Positions 51,867 to 64,000 of a stretch of DNA of 64,000 bases are shown here, one piece after another. Location of the stretch: NCBI GenBank assembly GCA_040437565.1, contig JBDOQK010000030.1, positions 124,001-188,000 on the forward strand, read 5' to 3'. Below the pieces are notes generated by a model. It saw nothing but the letters and a program-made list of their open reading frames with translations, had not been told where the DNA came from and did not search any database. The position numbers were made by a program, and so were the translations under genes. The DNA comes from Albugo candida. Lineage: Eukaryota. Within the stretch, counting starts at the first letter, position 1. Every line of letters begins with the position of its first letter.

Positions 51867-54800
51867 TGTTGATTCTGATGCCCCTGAACTAGAGTGGAAC
51901 ATATCACGCTAATCAATTTTCAGCTATTGAACAATAAAGTCGTGGCTGTGGGCGTCAAGTATGAGAAGGCTTAGCCTAGCTAGTAAAGTGAACTAAGGAC
52001 CTCCTACATTTAATATAGCTTACTTTCCAAATTTTTGTGCGCGTATGAAGCTAATGAAGAAGGGTTTGCTGCATCATATTGACAAGTCGGAGTCACCCAG
52101 CGAAGATCCTGCAGCTTCGGCAATCTGGAAGCTCAACAACCTTAAAGCCTTCGCAATCATTTTAATGTCAATCAGCCCGAGTCTCCAGGCTGTGATAAGA
52201 TGCACTTGTACAACCTCTCAGTTATGGGATATTCTAAAGAATTTTAACCTTCGAAATAGTATACACAACAGAGTACGGAAGCGGCGAAGACTTCATGAAT
52301 TCAGAATGGAATAGGGTCAGAATATTATGGAACATTTTATGAAATTTGATGAATTATGCCTTTCGATGCAAGCTTATGGGGAGGTGATTAATATGGATGA
52401 ACAATTAGTAATATTGATTGGAAGTCTCTCGTACGAGTACGATCCCATAATCAAAATTAACAAAATGTCCAAGGAATGGATCTTTTTCAAGCAAAAGAAA
52501 TGCTGCCACGGGAGTATGCACTATTGGTGAAATAAAGGCAGGAGGAATTGCTCTGAAAGCAAAAGCAATGAAGAAGTCGGAAAGATTCGACGCTAGGAAA
52601 ATCCCTTCAGAAGAGATACAAATTCGAAAGGGAAAGTTATCAATCTAACAAAAGTGGACATAAAAAGGAAGACTGTTGGAAGAATGTGAAACACAAGAAA
52701 CAGTACAATGAACAAGCATTCATATTTTGTAAGCACATGAACGAATGTTGGCTGCTCGGTAAGGGAGAAAGCAGCCACATCTGCTCATTCAATGAAGAGT
52801 TCAGTGAATTCGATCACTCAAGAACCATACATATGTCTCTATTGCCAATGGAAACAAAGTTGCAGCAGGAGGCATTGCTATAGTTCCAGTTATTCTGAAA
52901 AACAAAGTCCAATTCGGATTGAAAATGTACTATATGTAACAGATTTTGGATCTTCGATTACTATATATCTCAGCATTAGCAGAAAAAGGACTTAATGTCT
53001 CCTCTGGAAGAGAAGTATCTGATATTAGAGACAATGAACGAATTGTAACTCAAGTCACATAAGGGAAGATCTATGTAATGGAGTGTGCTATAAATGAATG
53101 AGCACTTGTTAGCAATTCCGGTAAAGAGATACATGATCAACAATTATTAAGTTTCGGTGTATGGCATGTCCGATTAGGACATTTACCTACCAAGAAAATT
53201 GAAGCTTTGTAGCACTACGTTGATGGTTTCAAAATGAAATCGATGTCGAAACGAGAAAGAGACGAAGAAGTCATTTGTGAAGGATGTATCGATGGGAAAT
53301 CTTTTGTGCACACGTTCCCAAAGTCAGGATATGGTCAAGTAAGAAGCAAGTCCGTTTTTCAACTTATACATAGTGGCGTAATGGGACCAATGGAAACGAA
53401 GTCTCAAGGTGGAGCAAGATTTATGCTAACTTTCATTCATGATTATTCTAGGTATGTAGTGTCATATTTCATTCGACACAAATCTGAAGGTGATCGATCG
53501 GTTCCTCGATTTCAAAGCAATGACGGAAAACCAACTAAATTCGAGAATTTAGTGTATTCGAACCGACAATAGTGGCGAATTTATCAACAATCGATTTGCG
53601 AATATCTGTACAAGTGCCGGTATTATACACCAAACACCAGTTCCGTACTCGCTCCAGCAAAATGGACCGGCTGAACGAATGAATCGGACCAGTACGGAAC
53701 GTGCGAGATCATGACGAATCACGTGCAAGTAGAAAAGAAGTGGTGGGCTGAAGCCATGAATACCGCAGTTTACATTTCAAATCGAGTTCCGTATGCCGCC
53801 TACCCAGACAAGACACCATACGCGATGTGTTTTGAGAGCAAGCCAAGTCTTACTTCTATAAGGGTATTTGGTTTCCGAGGTTTTACACATATTGAGAGAT
53901 CAAGACGGATGAAGTTGGATAAGAAGGCGGTCAAATGTATGTTCCTTGGATGTTCGGACAATATGAAAGGATTCCGCGTAAGGAATTCTAAGTCGCAGAA
54001 AATTGAGATTACTCGTTCAGCGCAATTTCAAGAATCAGACGAGACAAAGTATGTTCAGGTTTTTATTAGAGATATATCACCCGGACAAAATCGAAGTGAT
54101 TGTCAGTATGGACAATCCCGCATGTCGAGAGCATGGATGTAGATCCGACTGAAGAGTCAACAAATGCGAACAAAGCTTTGACGAGAAATTCGACTTAGGA
54201 GCAGCGCTCTTTGAATGCTTAACAGACATCTTCCAACGTCGATATAGATTCAACGGAAGACGATTGTAGCACTATTCAGGCCATTGTTCCCAGGAGGAGA
54301 CTGGATAATTTTGAAAGCTACCCGGTTTCTGGGAACCGTATAATTGGGACGATGCACCTCTGGCACTTCCATCAAATCAATCGTCGTAAGCATTAATACC
54401 AGTGGAAGCGTCTACTTCAATCGTTCCGGTAACAAATTCTGACACCATGACACGTCCATTCAAAAGATATCGCATAGAATACGAACAAGGGAATGCAGCG
54501 ATAGAAGCCCCATCATCCTAACAGGAGGGCCTGGAGCCATCTCAATCGGAATCATGGTATACTGCAATTCAGACCGAGCTTCAAGAACTGAACAAAAAAC
54601 AAACGTGGACGGTCGTAACGAAAAAGCCAGATAAAAAGGACATCGGAACCAAATGGGTTTTCACAGTCGAACGAAACGAAGACAGTGAAGTTGAGTGGTT
54701 TAAGGCAAGATTGGAGGCACTCGGATATCGACAAACTTATGGTGTTAACTACACAGATACGTACTCCCCAGCCGCGAATTTAAACTCAACTCGTATTTTC

Positions 54801-55884
54801 CTGGCAATTTTCTGCCATCAATTGCTAACCATTCATCATATGATGCTGATATGGCCTTTCTTGACGGTTATCTGGAAGAAGATATGTTCATCTATCCACC
54901 TCAAGGTTTTGAAAGCAAGCAATCGAAGACTATGTGGACTTATACAAGCATTCGTGACTTAGTTCAAGACAATATCAATTGTATTTACTCGGATGGGGTT
55001 TACAAAGTGTCCATCAGATTAGTGTATGTTGTGCGCAAATATTCCAAGCCAAGGGTTTATCAAAGTATATGTCGATGGCATGCCGATTGGAGCCAAAACA
55101 ATCGACTCGGCCAAGAAACTTGCGAACGAACTTTTGAGTCACTTCGGTCTGGAGATTCTAGGAAAGGTGCGATTTACCCTTGGTACTGAGGTTGAATACA
55201 AACAAGAGTTGCGACAAATGAAGACCAGTCAAGGAGCTTGCATACGGAGAATGGACGAGAAGTTCAACCAAGTAAAAGAGAAAACAGTATCTAATCCAAC
55301 TGCTCCGGGGACTTTCTTAACGAAATCGGAAGAAAAAGATTTGAGAATGGAAAACCGACCATATCGCTTACTTGTTGGCTCGCTTCTGTACATCGCAACG
55401 GGCACAAGACCAGATATTGCTTTCACGGTTTGCCAGCTCAGTCAACGCCTGGAGCAACCAAGCGAACAACACTTGAATGCAGCAATCCTTGTTTTGCGTT
55501 AATTGAAATCAACCGCAATGATAGGCATATGTTATGAGGCTGGGCCAGGAAATAACGAAGTCAGTGCTTACAGTGATGCGGATTGTGCAAGCTATAAGGA
55601 GACAAGAAGATCAACCTCCGGTATAATGTTGATGATGAAAAAATCTTCAAAGATATTCAAATCAAAACTTCAGCAGGGTGTGGCTCTCAAAACAGCCGAA
55701 TCTGAGTACATTGCTGTCTCGTTCGTCCAGGGGGAGTGTTGAAGCTGATGTCCCTGAACCGGCGTGGAACACATCAGGCTTATCAACATTCAGCTATTGA
55801 ACAATAAAGTAGTGATGTAGGCGTCTAGTACGAAAAGGCTTAGATTAGCTAGCAAAGTGAACTAAGGACCTCCTATATTCAATA
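51867..55884 (+). mobile_element. Near full-length decayed Ty1/copia LTR retrotransposon
   Basis: LTRs of about 148 bp at 51867-52015 and 55737-55884 (tgttga..ctgatg.ccctgaac...ctaaggacctccta), PPT agggggag just before the 3' LTR, and domain order gag, protease (WLL..G.SSH), WH.RLGH/CEGC, integrase, RT, RNase H (YSDAD..RRSTSG). Many stops; no TSD. Confidence 0.92.
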
Positions 55885-55984
55885 GATCTTAATTCCCAAA
55901 CTTTATCTAAAGTGCTCAAAACGCTTCGAGACTAGCTCATTTCTCTAAATGCCTAGGTTATCTTGTATAATAAATATAAATGGG

Positions 55985-58900
55985 ATAAGCGTGTCATGAT
56001 AACTGTGAGAGACGACAATATGTCTTCTCGTTCATAGTTCTGCATTGCAGTAGCCTCATAACACCCCAATAGGAGACTGTCCAGCGTAGAAATGATATAA
56101 AAGCTGTAAAATTGTCCAAGAGTACCGTGTTTTCGAAACATGTGTGCGCCACACTAGGATGAACGTAGTCAGCCAACTAGGACTAGGATCGGAGTTGCGC
56201 ATGCATTTCAACTTGATGGTGCCGTAACCGCAGCAACGATCTTCGACTTTTGAAATTTCACCAGATGATCCCTGCGTTGCGAGCTGATCCAGCACCTTTA
56301 CAAGCCGAAAGCGTTTGTCTTGATCGTAACACTGCTTTCGANNNNNNNNNNNNNNNNNNNNNNNNNNNNNNNNNNNNNNNNNNNNNNNNNNNNNNNNNNN
56401 NNNNNNNNNNNNNNNNNNNNNNNNNNNNNNNNNNNNNNNNNGCACTGTAGAAAGAGATGTTGATCAGATTCCACTGCCCCACCTCGAAAGTTGCGTGCAC
56501 AGTATAATGTTGGGATGAATGTCCTTTGTAAACCAGAATCGAGATCAAAAAGGCAACATCCAGATTGACAGACGAAATATGTACATCCACGAAAATCGGT
56601 ACGACACGCTTTTTGATAATTTTTTGATGATGCCGAGACATAGCCAACTCGTTCTGACTTCATTTTCTGCCCAATCCCTCCGGTGATGACCAATGTGTCA
56701 ACTTCAGATGAATCTTGTAGGTTTGGGAGAGTTCCAAACGATTTGTGAGAGAAGAAAGCGTGAATAGATGAAAAAGAATGTTTCCTGTGCTTGCTTTGTG
56801 CTCCTCCATAGAAGGATCTTACACTTGCGTTGGTTGCATCCAAGTGATGAGATCAATCGTCGAGTGAATGCGCTATAGTATCTGAGTCGCTTCATTGCAA
56901 AGTTCGATCAGACACTGTTTTGTAGCCATACCTGATGTATTCATCTCTTTGTCGTTGTTATATATCTCAACTAAAGCTTCTTGTGTCGGCCATGTGTAGC
57001 AGTCGCGAAAGAGGTCTTGAGGACTTCGAATGTCGAAAACTGCAGTAAACAATTTTAATCAAATGTCTGGTGTGGTTCTATCACCATGCCAAGATTGCAC
57101 CGAACGTTTTGCGTACGCGGATTACGAGTGGCAGCTTCATAATGCAATTCTTGGTAGCAGTGGAACCACATCGGTTGTTCCATATACTACCGACAGCGTT
57201 GTAGAAAAATCAAATCTGAAATTGGAATGCTCAAATCTATCTGATACCACAGGTCAAATACGTGTGTGCGCCAAGAAAATGTGATCTCACATAGAACCAT
57301 TTTCTCATGGCGATGTGGTGCGATTGTGAATATGTCCCTCGGCTTGTGTGGCCAAATAAAGGTTGGATAAGTTGTAATAATATCGTCGAAGAAGTTGTAC
57401 AATGGGAAGCAGTTATTGTCGATGCATCGGACGCGAACTACTGCTAGAATTGAATGCGTTGTAGCTTCAGACGTCCCCCAAAAAATGGATTTTAGTTCAC
57501 CATCTTCTCGACCAAGGTATACAAACGTTTTGCTGATCAGATGGACGGGCTTCGAATCTTTTTGGTTTTCCAACCAAGCACAAATCGATTGAGCATCGAT
57601 TTCCGCTGTCGAATAGTCTCCGCTGGTATTTGCACGTACATAGTGTAATGCTACAGAGCTGATAAAATTGTCGTCCGTGCAACCCGTAATTAACCAGACA
57701 CCAAACCATCATCAATACGCTTATGGATAGTTGAAATAATTATCGAATGAGTTGATGTCTGACCGAACGGAGTACCCAAATACTTGAGCGAATCTTCCGG
57801 ACCCATTATGGTCAAAATAGTATTTAGGAGAACACGGCATGATCCCATTTAACGAGAGCAAGGATGATTTTCTCTTCGTGCCCGATACATCGCAACAATC
57901 TTGAACGAGTTCTAGTTGTGTCAACACATCATCGGAAAGCAATGTTGAAGTAGATTTCCCAAAGGTTCAATTGTCATCAGGAAAAGTAATGCTGTCAGAA
58001 AATCGCATTGTTCCACTCCAAGTTGTGGTGTGTTGGACGGTACGATATTGCCATTGATCATCCAGTGCGGCTTCGTGTTGGTGTTAAGAGACGCATCCCA
58101 GTCGATGCAATTTTTTTACCGCGCAATTTTTCAAACACGTACGTCCAGTACACTCGGTAATAGGCTTTCCCAAAGTCCAGAATATTGGCATACGATTCCT
58201 TACCACGATGAGTGAAAAAATCCTTTATGTCGGAGAAATGTCGTTTGCGATGATGCATCGACCGTCCTCGCTCAAATGCTTTTTAATTTTGATAGATCTA
58301 TTCTGGTAGAATCTGCTTTAATGATTCGCCAATGCTTTGGAAAGTACTTTCACATCTTCATAGCACTATGAGTGGTCTATAGTTGTCAGGATCACGTCAT
58401 GATCCGTTTTTGTATAAGAATGTGATTGCCGAGTGACGTTGTAAGACACTTTGACTAGCTAGTATTTGGTGACAGTATTTTTATCTGCAGACACTATTTA
58501 TTAAATTCCAGCTAAAGCTGATATAATTCAGCTTTAATCCATCCATACCAGGAGAGGAACTACTTCGCATGTCCTTGTTAGCTTTCTCCATCTCTGTCGT
58601 ACTCAAACGAGTTGAGAGAAAGTCTTGTCATACAGATTTAACGATAAACTCAAATTGAACCCAGAAGCTTTTTGAATTACTTCGAAATTGGCCAAGCTGG
58701 TCTTTGAGGTAATTGAGAGTACCCATGAAACCACCCTGTGATCCCTAAATTCGTCAATATTGTCAGTCTGGTTCGATTTTCAGGGTGCCATATAGTATGG
58801 TAACATAATTAATCGGCACACAAACAAGAAAAGCTATCCGGAGGGCAAAACATACTTTGAATCGTTCTCCATATGCTTCACGTAATGATTGACGCATTCA

Positions 58901-59555
58901 TCTCGGTTTTTTAGGCATTGTATTGACTGGGAGGCGAACTTTTGGAGAGTCGATTCGAGTAAATGTCTTGACTGATTGTTATCCTGAGTACGATATTGAG
59001 CTGCTGCGGCATCCAAAAAACGCTGAGTAGACTCACCTCCATGCGGCTATTTTAAGAAAACTTTCCTTCATCGTTTGGAGATCGTTTTTTGCTTTCGTCT
59101 TCCAGCTTTCCAGCATTTTTCAAGATTCGAATTTTTCCGCAAGTGTTCGAGCACCCAATTGGCTTTCCGTTTGGATAGTATAGGTTAAGTACAATCAATT
59201 GAACAATATGAAAAAGTTACTATTTTCGTCATCGTAATCAAGTCAGATTTGCATAAAAAAGCCAAATAAGGCCCTGCATGTCGTGGTTGAAAATATCTGT
59301 AGGGTCTTCCGACCTAGATATGTAATTCAGACGGTTCTTGCGTGGTTGAGGTAATGTGTAATGTTTATCAGTCGAATATTGAGTCAATCGAAAGTCTACC
59401 TTACCCAACATCCAAGCCATTTCAGACACGGCAATCGACATCATTCGCGTCGAATTGTGGCGCTTGAAGAATCGATAGCGTGATTGAGCGGTGGCTTGAG
59501 ATCACCAAATTCGAGACGTGTTGTGGTCGGCTTGAATGAGTATGAGTGAACGACT
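55985..59555 (-). mobile_element. Decayed 5'-truncated L1/Tx1-like LINE, inverted homologue of 9806-13610
   Basis: LDFGKAYYRV.W, KYLGTPFG and AVESDQHLFLQC remnants. The 3' region matches 13320-13600. Confidence 0.85.
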
Positions 59556-59955
59556 AAATACAGAATTCTTTCCTCGTTCCACACAATGCGTTAATATCAT
59601 TTGGAAATTTCAGGACATGTTGCCTCTTACGACAACATCAACCGCTAAGTTGTACAACGCTATACTATAACAGGAATCATCAAGTGCCGTCGGACATCAA
59701 AATATGGTCCACTATTTCAAATCAGTGCAATCATCTAGAAGGAAAGGATTGTTACGTTCGAAAGGAAGCATGTTCAGCAGCCATCCTTATCATATAATTA
59801 TTCGATAAAGTATTCCAACACATCGGACGGAGTATTCATTATGAAAATGCACGCTATGCCATATTGTCCTTTTTAGAACACCAAGATTATTTCTCACTCT
59901 TTTCTGAGCGTAATCTTTATACTGTCCATTGCCGAAGCTCGCCTCGCCGTTCAAG

Positions 59956-60884
59956 CTAAGCTCGGCTCGCATTATAGGTAAGACTTGAGCAAATCTTATC
60001 TCCAACACACCACTTGAGAATTCCCGAGAGTGCCGGTCGCATCCAAACATATCCTCGCGTGGTTGATTGGTCATCGTAAGATAAGTATACTTCTGTGTGT
60101 TGTAGAAGACAGCTGACACAATGCATCTGCTTTGACTTTTCACATTCATACTCCACAAACGCAATGCTGTCACTAGCAGGCCTGTGTTCTGTGCCAGAAT
60201 CTAAAAAATAACGCGAATAGCTCTTTTGAAATGCTACATCATCCACATTGTGAAAGTTGATATAATTTTTAGGTGGCCATAAACCTACTGGAATGCGGTT
60301 TTTCGTAAACTGGTGGATGACAACTTGGACGGGAGATTGTTTGGGAGTAGCCATAATGAAGNNNNNNNNNNNNNNNNNNNNNNNNNNNNNNNNNNNNNNN
60401 NNNNNNNNNNNNNNNNNNNNNNNNNNNNNNNNNNNNNNNNNNNNNNNNNNNNNNNNNNNNNCTCTGTTTCTGCGATCGACGCTGTGAGTAGATAAATACT
60501 GTTATCGACCATACTTGATTCTCTTGTACTGGTAACATGCTGATAGCCTCTTTGAATTGAATGATTCAAGATATTGGATTTGGTATTTGCAACGGATATA
60601 CGACATGTCTCCATAGTATTGCAATATGATAAAAACGCTTTGACCAGATTTGTATGAGGTCCATAAACCCAGTAGAGTCTGTAGGCCTGGCTGGCTTGGA
60701 TCAAATCAATTCTTTTGATTCCGATGAACGTGACGAGGCACCGGTGGCACGCTGAGAAATCCTTCTGAATTCCACTCGTCACATTGAAAATGGCTGCTAC
60801 GTTTCGCACACAGTTGGACTGTTCCTTCCCATACACTGACACCAGCGCATTAAGAAGCAGGGCATACAACACGGTGCTCAGCAT
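59956..60884 (-). CDS. Secreted CHxC/CCG-class effector candidate (Albugo), spanning an N-gap; possibly C-terminally truncated
   Basis: Signal peptide MLSTVLYALLLNALVSVYG, then CHRCLVTFIG (CxxCLxxxxG, residues 46-55, nt 60720-60749). ORF 59956-60354 beyond the gap carries a second CVSCL module; the join across the gap is inferred. Confidence 0.82.
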
Positions 60885-62649
60885 GCTTTTGTCTTGCCTG
60901 CGGGATAAATTGTTTATTATTGACACGTGGCATCAAATTAGTCAATCATCATGCCTTGTTTATGTGCATCGCTTCATACCATCATACTGACAAATCCGCA
61001 GACTTATTTTACAGACTCGGTTACGTTTCCTGACTCAAGTGCTAAATCCGAGAAGACAGAACGACCTAGTAGTCTTCTATTTCGGCACTGCCTTTGCAAA
61101 TGCGTGGCGATGCGGGCTTTGTTTTCTTTCTTTGTATTGGTGCAAGAATTTCGCGTTCCAGGTGGATCGTACACGTGACATATGATAAATTATCTCTTCT
61201 TACCGAGGTGCTTCACACTCAAAGATCGGCTATATGTGCGAAGTAACATTTTTGACTATGCGGTAAAGGGGTCGCACTGATGCTTCATTTCGTCCATTAA
61301 TACGACTTTAAGATCGAGACTTCTTTGTTCCTACTTTAGTTTTATTTCGATGATATCTTACGATCTGACCAGGGCCTCAACAGATTGGGCTGGAAGCAAT
61401 CTGAGACACTTGAATATTTCAGACGGATGATATTACCATGCAGAAATACTCTACAAATGAAAGCTTTATTATATAATATCACACATGTCACTGTGATAAC
61501 AATCACGGTGCACCACGAATACGACGGAACAAGCACAATTCTCAAAACATTTTGAAAAAGCTTTCATAATCTGGGAATGCCGACGTATAGTTGCTATCAC
61601 ACCGCTACTGTAATTTTCTGCATGTAGAATATCGCTGTTGTGTTGCCTCTGACAAACATTTTGAGTTGCATTTTGAATGTAAAAAGCTGACATGCTGTCA
61701 GTTGATTGAAATCTTGAAACTTGTTTATTTGTAGGAAATCAATGGAATTTCTTAATAGGACGTGGCTGATAAAAAGATGACTATTTTGTGTATTTCATTG
61801 ATATCACTGCGATGTTGTTTTTTGTTGATAAAATTAAGAATGCCTTAGCATTCATTGAAGTGACCACGGATCAGATTTTTTTTACCATTCAGGATTAAGA
61901 GGTTGAGTATTGCAAATCAGTCCTTAAGGCTTCTTTAATATCACATTGAAGAACTCCGTTCCACTTACCTTTAAATAATTAGGACCAACACTTGATGCCT
62001 GTAATGCAACCATATTAGCTCACCTGCCAACAGGTTATGTGACCAGCCAAGATTCCAACAGCCAAGACCAGAAAGAATCTGACGATCTAGATAAATCGAA
62101 GATAGGCCGCATGATGCTGCTGCCGGAGACACTCGGAAATCGACTGGAAAAGATCGAATCCAAGCGGAGCGTCGGCTCTCCAGTATCACCGCCATCCACG
62201 CGAACGGAGATTGTATTTTCTGGACTAAGCAGCCAAAGACAGGATGAGACATTGTAATCCTGGATGAAAAACCGATGCATCATCGTGAGAAAGGGATGAG
62301 GAGAAGCTTTGTACATGCCATGCAACATAATGCGCTGAACGGGGTAAACGGAGTCAGATTCTCGGCAGTAGGGTATATGCTCTCCATTCAGCCAATCGAC
62401 AGGTAAGAAACATACCATGGACTTGAAGTGCTGTAATTCCGTCAATGGTTGACTCAGTGCTCTCGCATTGAAGAAGTGATCGAACGCATCAATAAATTAC
62501 TTTTGTCCCAACATCACCAGAACGCAAGGAAAACATACTTTTTTTACGACAGAAAAACAGACTGGACTTTCTTGGAGCGAGCGTTTCTTTATCCTGTCGG
62601 CAATTAGTGAATCACTCGGTAAAGCAGACGATATCGTCCTGAAAAGCTA

Positions 62650-64000
62650 TATAAATTACGCATAGCCTGACTTCAAACAAGCTATGATGGTCCGTCTCAA
62701 CACTGAGAAAATACACCAGAAGGCAAGCCGAGGAACTGTGTTGCTTTACCCAGATCATGGATGCAGGTATCATCAGAAATGCACCAAGAGAGTCAAAGAA
62801 AGGACTCGAAACCGAATAGGTGCGATCAGAGAATCCAAGTCGAAGAAACTAATGAACTGCTGCAATTGCGGGAAAAGGAGGCAAATGAGAAGAGATTCCG
62901 AGCTCCTCCAGCATAGACGACATTTTTTAGGGATTGTATGCAAAATTACTACGCTGGGACAAACGAAGAAAGTATGAATATCTGATAGCAGAACCAGCAA
63001 GCATCTCGTAACGGATGTACACTTGTTACATAATCGCAAGGAATGCAACGAATCATGCATACTTCCAAACGGGAAGAAACGACGATGAGCTGAACATGAT
63101 TGACAAAGGTTATCTCAACCGTCAACGTTTTGCCGAACAATGTTCTCTGAAACGATGTGCAACGTGCGGAAAAGCTTCCTTGGAAAGTTGTCTCGTATAG
63201 AAAGTTGGCGGCAAAGGCTTGCAAATTGACGTATCAAGCAAATGATACAAGAGTTGTATACGTACTTGATGGTGCGATCGTGTTCGAAGTAATATGATCA
63301 AGAACGGTCTCGTTATCGAGATAGAAGATCGAGAACGCGTACGCGTATTCAGTGTTATGGATATACTCGCCTCATTTGAGCCTGTGGACAGATCACAAGT
63401 AGATTAGGAGTCTTCTACATTTCCATCAACGATTTGATCAGCTGAACTACGCTACTATTGAGAGCATAGCAAAGCTTCTAGAATGATTGATGACCAACGG
63501 TGATGAAATACGTTAATTGGGCGGGAAGCAAGCTAACAAAGAGCACAGCGTCTTGGAAGATACCGGTATAAATTGCGAATTGGTAGCATCATATGCAGTG
63601 CTCCAAAGGGTCATACCACGCCTCAAGCCGACGTGAAAATAAATATTTGTTCAATTTTTATCGAATAAAAATCGAACTATTGTCGGGTATTCTTGGCCAA
63701 GATTAAGAATGAAGCAGCTCAAAGTTTCAAGATTTCTTGATTTGCTTCGAGAAGCGATTTGATTGCAAGATTCTTGTACTACGAACTGATGGCAGCGCAG
63801 AGTACATAAATGTCAATCTTTTTTGCAAAAAAAGGGAGGATGAAGACAAATTAGTCAGACTAAAAACCAAGCATCGAATGGAAATTGAACAAATCAATAA
63901 AATAATCATGAACCTGGTGCGGTCTATGATATTGAAATGTCTATAGCATTATATTTGTGGGGAAGTGCTGCTAAATATGCATGTAAGTTCTCAATAGAAG
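62650..64000 (+). mobile_element. Decayed Ty1/copia fragment (gag knuckle, protease, integrase), runs off the window
   Basis: CCNCGK knuckle remnant, protease-like V*ISDSRTSKHLV near 62970, and integrase FEKRFDCKILVLRTDGSAEY..IMNLVRSM. Confidence 0.75.

Overview
Eukaryotic, fragmented-assembly DNA with 18 placeholder gaps of about 100 N. It is almost certainly from an oomycete and very likely Albugo (white rust), because it encodes a secreted protein with the Albugo-type CHxC/CCG motif and has very compact genes with introns of about 50 nt. A gene-dense housekeeping island (about 14.4-40.3 kb) holds a kinesin-4, a LOG2/MGRN1-type RING E3, a NEK kinase, a two-pore K+ channel with EF-hands, a multi-pass membrane protein, an MPP-beta/Core-1-like M16 protein lacking its zinc motif, an intact Mutator-derived SWIM protein, HAT1, a Slo-type K+ channel, a BMT5/DUF2431 methyltransferase and an STE20/GCK-III kinase. 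It is flanked by gene-sparse regions of decayed L1-like and RTE LINEs, copia LTR elements, and MULE and Tc1/IS630 remnants. Top observations: (1) a CCG effector near 60 kb built from repeated Cys modules; (2) the N-gap at 9.7 kb is bordered by exact inverted copies of the two edges of the 4.2-kb block containing that effector, suggesting a collapsed second copy; (3) a probable domesticated MULE transposase; (4) a three-level nest of DNA transposons with two intact 8-bp TSDs. Most apparent tandem duplications next to gaps are assembly artefacts. All protein assignments come from motif recognition by eye; no database search was run.
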